Origin: Chrysomallon squamiferum
Lineage: Eukaryota; Animalia; Mollusca
Assembly (NCBI GenBank): GCA_012295275.1
Contig: CM022679.1
Location: forward strand, 22,382,001-22,446,000
Direction of reading: 5' to 3'
DNA: 64,000 nucleotides
In this document: piece by piece, positions 54,646 through 64,000 of the stretch
How the letters are laid out: each line of letters starts with the position of its first letter
How positions within the stretch are numbered: the first letter of the stretch is position 1
Notes under the pieces: generated by a model
The model's database searches: none
The model's input: only the letters and a program-made list of their open reading frames with translations
Told to the model about the DNA's origin: nothing
Program-made: the position numbers and the translations under genes

Positions 54646-55030
54646 GGTGATTGGCTGAAAATAAAATAAAATAAAAACTCTGCACAGCTGAAGATACAAA
54701 ATACAGTTTTCTACAGAACGAGAAAGAAGATTCGTGAAATTACATTTACTGAGTGAATAAATTAAAAGATACTTTGTGTATTTTACTGTACTGCTTCTAG
54801 TTTTACTCAACTGTAATGTGAAATGATATAATATAAAATGAAACTCGAAAGAAAATTTATTGTAACAAGACTTTTACTGGTTTATGTATGATTAATAATT
54901 ATTATTATCTAATGATGTCCAATAGTATTGTAATATTAATATTTTTATTGTTATTATTATTATTATTGTCTTGAAAATATTTAATTACACATTATAACAT
55001 AAAAATTAAAACCTTTAAAATAAATTATAT

Positions 55031-55061
<31 letters not shown>

Positions 55062-55095
55062 CAGTACAAAGAGAGATGCGCTGGACACTACTTAC

Positions 55096-55154
55096 TTATG
55101 ATTCGTTTGTAGAAACTTGGAATGATTCTGTTCTGTGATTTTCAGACTTTTATA
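55096..55154 (-). promoter_or_regulatory. TATA box + Inr + non-coding exon 1 of peptide gene A
   Basis: TATAAAA 55154-55148, TCATTCC initiator with A at 55123 (-31 spacing), donor CATAA|GTAAGT at 55096. Confidence 0.75.
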
Positions 55155-55974
55155 TGTTAGCTGTGACACCCGGTGACAAATGACCCGCCCAGGTTACCTC
55201 ACAAGATGAAGAGTCGTTGTACAACAGAAATCACTTTGATGAACTCTTATGTGGGTATGTGTGTGTGTGTGTGGCTGTGGTTGGTTGGTTGGTGAATGTG
55301 TTGATATATATATACCATAAAGGGCACTTGTGAGTTGTTTTGTGAAAACAAAATTATGCAATAATTTGACACATGCTCCAGCAGAATTAACAATAAGGAA
55401 TGCCTTTTCTTTCATTTTTCTTGCCTTTCTTTTTAATATCTATTCTATGTGGGTTTTTTTGAAAAGGAAAATGTGAGTTATGTTAATTTGTATAAAATAA
55501 ATGAATATGTGTATAACTGGTTTACTTCAGTATGTTAAGTATGTTAGGTGATGGTACCAACTATTATTACCGCTATTATTCTGTTTTATTAAAGTGGTTA
55601 CGTTTTCAGCATAGTTGAAATGTGAAAATTTTATTTTTTATATCTTTATTTCTTTGTTTTTGTCATAATTTTTGTACGAAAATTTTATTTAAAAATTATT
55701 TCATTATTTCAGTTAATTTCTGTTTATCATTTTTTACAAGATTATTTTATTTTATTTTATTTTATTTATTTTTGTTATGATTTAAAAATTAAAATAAAGT
55801 ACATAAAACGTAACAAAACAAGCAATTATGAAATAAATACGTATGTTGTTATTTATTTATTTATTTTTATTATTATTACTTTTTTCTTACCTATATTTAT
55901 TTATTATATTTTATTTGATTATTTTTTAAAATTTAATTTAATTTAATTTAATTGGTTTATTTATTGATTGATTG

Positions 55975-56030
<56 letters not shown>

Positions 56031-56059
56031 TCAACGAACACGATATATTTGAACTGTGT

Positions 56060-56248
56060 TTTAGGAGAAAGCCGCGGTGTTTGCTATGACAATTCCTGGC
56101 CACGATGATTTGTGTTTGTTGTGGGTAAAGATTGTAAATATGTTTTTAAAACTGTCTCTAATTTTTGTCCCTCTGATGACGGGACACCTGCAGCGTACGG
56201 ACACTTTTGGTCAGTGCTAAACGTGTCTCTGAAATACACGTACCACTG
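56060..56248. mobile_element. Partial Tc1/mariner (Tigger-like) MITE remnant
   Basis: Ends in gtaccactg+TA like the Tigger TIR at 59141; internal gggacacct/ggacacttt subterminal motifs; left end not resolved. Confidence 0.4.
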
Positions 56249-56865
56249 TATGCATAATTTATTTATTTATTTATTTATTTATTATTTCTATTTTATTGTT
56301 GTTATAAGTGTTAAACTCAGTAAAGCGCTGACTCAATGAATTTTTTTAATCCTTGGCAGTTCATACGTTGTGAATATATAATCTTGTTTATATTTGTATG
56401 TAAGATATATGAATAATACACTCGTGACTGTAGACAGAAACGTTAGCAAATCAATAATGATGTTGAAGCGTATGTTTCCGTGGATCCTTTTTACTTAAAG
56501 GAAAATAAGTAAGTATGTATGTATGTATGTATGTAAAAAAAAATTAAATTAATATACGTCAATCAACAATGTTTCAAAACCAACCCAGTACAGTAAATAA
56601 ATAGATGATTTTTCAGACGTTATAAAATGTTAACAAATAATACGTTGCCACTAAAACAATAACCGACTGACAATGGAGCCTCTAACTAATGAATGAACTC
56701 TTAACTAATGGAGAGTAATTTTCGCTTCCTGCGAATCACGCTGTACTTTCATCACTTTTGTGTGCATTCGTTTTTGTGCGTACATATTTTGGAATGAACA
56801 TTCTGTTGTCTTGTGTACATATGATTAGAGTGCTGTGAGTGTGTGAATATCTGTATATAGATATC

Positions 56866-57003
56866 TGTATGTATGTATGTATGTATGTATGTGTGTATGT
56901 ATGTATGTATGTATGTATGTATGTATGTATGTATGTATGTATGTATGTATGTATGTATGTATGTATGTATGTATGTGTGTGTATGTATGTATGTATGTAT
57001 GTA
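56866..57003. repeat. (TATG)n microsatellite
   Basis: Long tetranucleotide run. Confidence 0.95.
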
Positions 57004-57131
57004 TGCATGCATGCATGTATTTATGTATCTATCTATGTATACAGTGTAGATTCTGGTCACATGTTACTGTATTTCTATTAAACGTTAAAGACATCGAAAG
57101 TTAAAATGATATGAAGTTTGTTACATACGTT

Positions 57132-57173
<42 letters not shown>

Positions 57174-57366
57174 CATAATAATCATAATATCGAAAAACAA
57201 GAATACGATGGTGAAGAAAGAAAAAACAACAGCTGTAAGAACACAATAAAAACGAGTTGTAGTAGGTTTAGTAAATTTATTACTTAATTTAACAAAGTAA
57301 CAACAGAAATAATGTCAGGTTTTTCTCTTTCGTGAGCGGTCGTTATCAGAATCATCAGTTATCCGT

Positions 57367-57549
57367 TTATCGTCCATAGAATGGGCCACCGCCCATCATT
57401 GCCCCTGGCATGACTCCACCATACATTGGTAGTGGAGCGTGCATTGGACCACGTGCACGTGCTGAAAAAAACAGAATAATAACAGTAATTAGTGAATAAC
57501 GTATATAAAAGATATCCGTGTCTGTGGGTATGTGTTGTGTGTGTTTATA

Positions 57550-57607
<58 letters not shown>

Positions 57608-57803
57608 CATACACATACGCGTGTGTTTGAAATTTCAATCTTTTTAACGTTCATCGTGCATATTTTCGTCACAAACAAGAACAAAATAGAAATCGTAGTG
57701 TTGGGCTCTCACCGTAATCAAACATGTCTCCGAAGAAAAACAGGGCAGATCCCATGGATACTAAAGTACACAGAAGAGTGAGGGCGAAGACAAAGTTCAA
57801 CAT
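57367..57803 (-). CDS. Small secreted peptide precursor, copy B (61 aa): MLNFVFALTLLCTLVSMGSA-LFFFGDMFDYARARGPMHAPLPMYGGVMPGAMMGGGPFYGR*
   Basis: Coding exons 57803-57713 (G|gtgag) and 57461-57367; non-coding exon 1 about 58128-58101; AATAAA on minus at 57281-57276. Confidence 0.87.
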
Positions 57804-57910
57804 GGTGATTGGCTGAAAATAAAATAAATTAAATACTCTGCACAGTTAAAGATGTTTACTCGTTTACGTATGAATAATAATTGTTAATGTCGAATGCTGT
57901 CCGGTAGCAT

Positions 57911-57949
<39 letters not shown>

Positions 57950-57957
57950 TATTGTTA

Positions 57958-58019
<62 letters not shown>

Positions 58020-58100
58020 TGATTACACATTAAAACAGAAAAATTAAAATTTATATATATATAAACCAGTACGAAGAGAGCTGTGCTGAACACTACTTAC

Positions 58101-58159
58101 TTATGATTCGTTTGTAGAAACTTGGAATGATTTTGTACGGTGATTTTCAGACTTTTATA
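58101..58159 (-). promoter_or_regulatory. TATA box + Inr + non-coding exon 1 of peptide gene B
   Basis: TATAAAA 58159-58153, TCATTCC with A at 58128, donor CATAA|GTAAGT at 58101. Confidence 0.75.
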
Positions 58160-58387
58160 TGTTAGCTGTGACGCCCGGTGACAAATGACACGCACAGGTT
58201 ACCTCACAAGATAAAGAGTCATGTAGATCAGAAAGAACAGTGAACATAAATTATGTACTTAAATAAGAGCGACAACAATTGTTATGTAATATAATTAATG
58301 ATCTATTCATTTTGTGTACAGATCGTATGTTATTGTTATCAATTTGTCTGTATAACAAATACATCACCAAAGAAACAAATATATATA

Positions 58388-59303
<916 letters not shown>

Positions 59304-59713
59304 AGCATCCAATACAAAGCATTCAAAGTCATGTGGTCTTTTTCTGGTACTTTCAGTTAAATCTGGTTACGAAATGACAATACTGAATCAGTGGCGGAAA
59401 ATAATAGAATAAAAACAATAACATCGATAATGACGACAGCAAACGCAAAAGCATTAATAACAACAAGAATAATATTAAAAAAAATGACGTTACTGTTGAT
59501 ACAAAATGCAATTCATAAATTATTTTTGTTCTTCTGTATGAAACCAATAAACAGACTTTTACACAACAGTACATGTTATTTATGTAAGTATCTATACAGT
59601 AACAATATTATACTGTTTCTTTTAACGTAAGTATCTTCTATACAGGTAACAATATTACGTGAACTGTTTCTTTTGATGTGATACTATATATCTTCTTGTG
59701 TCAGTCTGGACAT

Positions 59714-59802
59714 GTCACGTGTTAACACAGATGTAAATTAAGATATAAAAGAGTGTAAACAGAAGAACAGAAACACACTTAGTCTGTACAATCCAAACAT
59801 AA
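59714..59802 (+). promoter_or_regulatory. E-box + TATA box + non-coding exon 1 of peptide gene C
   Basis: GTCACGTG 59714-59721, TATAAAA 59744-59750, donor CATAA|GTAAGT at 59802. Confidence 0.7.
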
Positions 59803-60060
59803 GTAAGTATTTCTCATTATTACTCCGTACCTCGATCTTGTACCTAATAGTATGAAACACCGTACTTTGGTTTTAATATCTATTTCTGTTTTAATGCTTT
59901 CTTTTGTGACTTTTGTCTCAAGTTCTAATGCCCATAAATTTAATCTCATTTTCATACTGGTTCTTTCCTTGTAAATGAGGACAGTCTTTTTTCTAGAGCT
60001 ATTTTCTTTTGTTTTTCTTTGTACATAATTTGTCTTTCTATTTTATTTTAATTTCAGATT

Positions 60061-60619
<559 letters not shown>

Positions 60620-60962
60620 ATCCTTGTGACGAACAAAATGAAAGACAAAATCCCTGACCTTAATACTGTTGTTATTGCATTAATTTTGCAATAAATTATT
60701 AAACCTATTTCATTTGTTCTTTATAACTTTTGTTTCACTGAAAAATCTAATCTGAAACTGATGATAAAAGTATAACAGCAGCATCTTTTCCTAGTTCACA
60801 CTGCATTGCAATATTTTCCGCATTCAGTACAAATACAGTAAAAATGTTCACCTGAATCTGCACTACTGTGTTGTTGAATATATGACGGTCATTGCGAGAA
60901 TCGTCTACTTTTTTAAAATGAGTTTTATTTATTTATTTATTTACTTCTTCTTCTTCTTCTTC

Positions 60963-61014
<52 letters not shown>

Positions 61015-61387
61015 GTTGTTTGTTGTTGTTGTTGTTGTTGTTGTTTGTGTTTGTGTTTGTTGTTGGATTTTTTATTTTTTATTTTTTATTTCTTTTAATA
61101 TTTATTCTAAATGACTTGTTAAGAATTTTATCAGAGTAAATATTCTTATAACATATAAATATAATATGCAGCTACTGATCTCAATAATAGATGAAACACA
61201 CTGAATTATAAACAACAAGTTTATGTTGTTTTAAATATTAGTCCTGTGAATTATGTAATAGACTTATAAAATCTGTTTCATAATCGGTTTCTCTACTTGT
61301 TTATTTTCGATTTATTTATAAAAAATAATAATTATTAGTTTTATGGCATTTTCATATTTATGCATCCAATCTATCCCACAAAACTCA

Positions 61388-61440
<53 letters not shown>

Positions 61441-61843
61441 CACACACAAAAAACGTGCAAAAAATATGATAAAAACACTGATAGAGGAATTCTTTCTCTA
61501 AAGAGCCATTTACGTTCGTGTTTGAATCATTGTACAGCTATTGTATTAGAAAGTGAAGTGTGACTCGAACGTTTGTCATCTTAGGATCCATTAGAAGAAC
61601 GTTTTAGGCTACCCTACCAGAAAACAGTTGATTTATTGGTTTAGAAAAATATATATATAAAAAAATTAAAAAGAAAAGTGAAAACATATCTGCTCTTTAA
61701 TCAAGCTTGCCTCGGTTAGAATAATCAATGATCTTGTTTTATTTTGGCAAGATATCGCCTTAGATCTGACCATTAATATAATACATTTATAAAGCGCGTA
61801 CGAACGCATATATATGCATATACATACACAGATATTTATACAG

Positions 61844-61921
<78 letters not shown>

Positions 61922-61962
61922 GATATATACTGGAATTGTTCTAGGTATCGTAGATTTTTCAG

Positions 61963-62440
61963 TGATTGATAGACAACTATCTATTTTTTACAAATCCTGG
62001 CCACGAAGAAGATTGGATCTGATATTATGAATTTTGTTACTGCGTTAACTGTGTAATAAACATTTAAAATAAATATCCTTTGTTCTAGTTTTACTTTCAT
62101 TTCACTGAAAAACGGCAGCCTAACATGAAGACTGGAAGTCTAACAAGCAGCCTGCATTGTTAGTATCCTTAAACGAGCAAGATTTTTAACATTTAATACA
62201 AATACAGTAAAAGAAATATGTTCATTGGAATCTACATGGTTGTGTCGTTGAATAAATTATATATCGGGGATTCCTTGAAGCTTTTTAGCTTTTTCAGAGT
62301 TTTATTTTAAATGACTAGTTCTGTGCAATTTGTGAACAAAAAAGATCTGCAGCTAGTGTGATATGAATAACTGATCTTCACGAAAAAGAATGAAAAGCTT
62401 ATGTTGTTATTAGTTATTAAACTATGAATTATGTGATAAA
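61963..62440 (+). pseudogene. Orphan diverged duplicate of the 3' end (UTR and flank) of peptide gene C
   Basis: Colinear similarity to about 60617-61260 (aaatcct..acgaa, ttgtta.tgc.ttaa, aataaa, ttcactgaaaaa, aaatacagtaaaa, aaatgact.gtt, gcagcta, ttatgttgtt, tgaattatgt) with no YGR coding exon. Confidence 0.5.
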
Positions 62441-62561
62441 TGAATCTTTTTGATAATTTTTGTTGTTGTTGTTGTTGTTTTCGCTGTTGTTATTTACTTT
62501 CGATTTATTAAAAAAATAATTATAATAATTAACTTGATGGTAATATGCATCCAATACTTTG

Positions 62562-62609
<48 letters not shown>

Positions 62610-62610
62610 A

Positions 62611-62664
<54 letters not shown>

Positions 62665-63428
62665 AATAATAACCAAAAAAACAGCAAACCAAAAAAAAAA
62701 AAAAACAACAACAACAATCCGACAAACGAAAGAAGAAAAAAAATAAGGAAAAAGGTTCATGGGATCTTTTCCTGAAAAGAAACATTTATCATTTGATCAC
62801 GGACATGAAGAATAAACAGAAAAGTGAATATTTGTCATATCAGAATCCATCATAAAAATACTTCAGATAATGCTTACCATGAAACAAATCAAAATATATC
62901 TGTTCTTTAATCTATTTATGTTTGTCTCGCTTAAAAGTGCGATGATTTTAGTAACTTGTGTTTTCTTAACATGTAAGAAATTCTCCTTAATTCTGACCGT
63001 AAACATATCGACAATTAATACAGAGTACGAAGATACATACACATATATGCTCATACAAAGACACGCTCACATAGGATACATGTAGAAGTTATGCAACGTG
63101 CCATTGTGGGTGTCAGTTGTTTCAATGGTTGATAAATAGACAATTAATTAGTTTTACAAATCCTCGTCATGAAAAAGATAAAAAGTAAAACCTATCACTA
63201 TTATCAATTCCATAATTATATAACAAAGTATTTCATTTGAGTTTAATAACTTGGTAAAAAGTTGTTAAGACAGTTATAAATTAATTGTATTGTTCTCTAC
63301 AGAAGAAAAACAACACTCTTATAGAACATTAGATGTTATTTATGTAAGTATCTATACAGGTAACAATATTACGTGAACTGTCTGTTTTGATGTGATACTA
63401 TTTGTCTTCTTCTGTCAGTCTGGAACTT

Positions 63429-63517
63429 GTCACGTGTTAACAGAAATGTAAATAAAGATATAAAAGACTGTAAACAGAAGAACAGAATCACACTCAGTCT
63501 GTACAATCCAAACACAA
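63429..63517 (+). promoter_or_regulatory. E-box + TATA box + non-coding exon 1 of peptide gene D
   Basis: GTCACGTG at 63429, TATAAAA 63459-63465, donor CACAA|GTAAGT at 63517; paralogous to the copy C promoter. Confidence 0.7.
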
Positions 63518-63806
63518 GTAAGTATTTCTTCATTATAATTATTTCGATTTTTCTATCTAACATTATGAAGGAAATCAACATTTCTAAACTTTTATTTCTA
63601 TTGTTATCAAAAAAAAAAAAAAAAAACTTTACTTTTAATATTTACCTTTGTTTTAATGGTTTTCTTTTATTTCATATGAGTTAATTTCTAAGTCTCACAT
63701 GATTAAACAATGGTTACACAAACTTCTGCTTTTTCGTCACGGTTATTTTTAAAAAAGTTGTTTTTTGAACATATTCTATCTTTCTATTTTATTTTAATTT
63801 CAGATT

Positions 63807-63921
63807 ATGGCTCTCTTCAACGTTGTCCTGTGTTTGACTGTTCTATTCACTTTGGTCCAAGTATCCACATCTCTGTTCTTTAATCCACTTATGTTCGCCA
63901 TGATGAGAGGTTTGGATTACG
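63807..63921 (+). CDS. Small secreted peptide precursor, copy D (3' partial): MALFNVVLCLTVLFTLVQVSTSLFFNPLMFAMMRGLDY..
   Basis: Coding exon identical in protein to copy C exon 2 (synonymous CTT/CTG change); G|gttagt donor; last exon beyond the window. Confidence 0.85.
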
Positions 63922-64000
63922 GTTAGTGAAGACTTCAATAACCTTTGTTGTTTTATTCATCTGCAACAAATGTTCTTTAATCCACAGCAGCATATTTGTG

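Noticed and set aside
54378-57781. Duplicated plus-strand ORFs ending ..RRKTGQIPWILKYTEE
   Set aside because: Antisense reading of the peptide genes' signal exon; the minus strand has the splice sites, TATA box and signal peptide

Overview
AT-rich, intron-rich, microsatellite-rich invertebrate animal genomic DNA; the protein sequences look lophotrochozoan, probably molluscan (inference). Left 46 kb holds housekeeping genes. LRPAP1/RAP (minus, 6 exons seen, last exon outside the window) lies head-to-head with FADD (plus, 3 exons including a 15-nt microexon). A 33-exon ANKHD1/ANKRD17/Mask gene (minus, about 2617 aa) has a single-base frameshift in exon 6 as assembled. 4E-BP (minus, 3 exons, 116 aa) lies directly upstream of Mask, the same gene pair as human ANKHD1-EIF4EBP3 but in the opposite order. 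Right 18 kb is accessory: hAT-type MITEs, a highly atypical class-A GPCR lacking DRY/NPxxY, and a cluster of at least four 3-exon genes for small (52-66 aa) secreted Met/Gly/Pro-rich peptides; the three complete copies end in Tyr-Gly-Arg-stop, an amidation-type signal. They form two divergently transcribed tandem pairs separated by a decayed Tigger/pogo transposon. The ORF track largely misses this cluster, which is the best candidate for an undescribed system.
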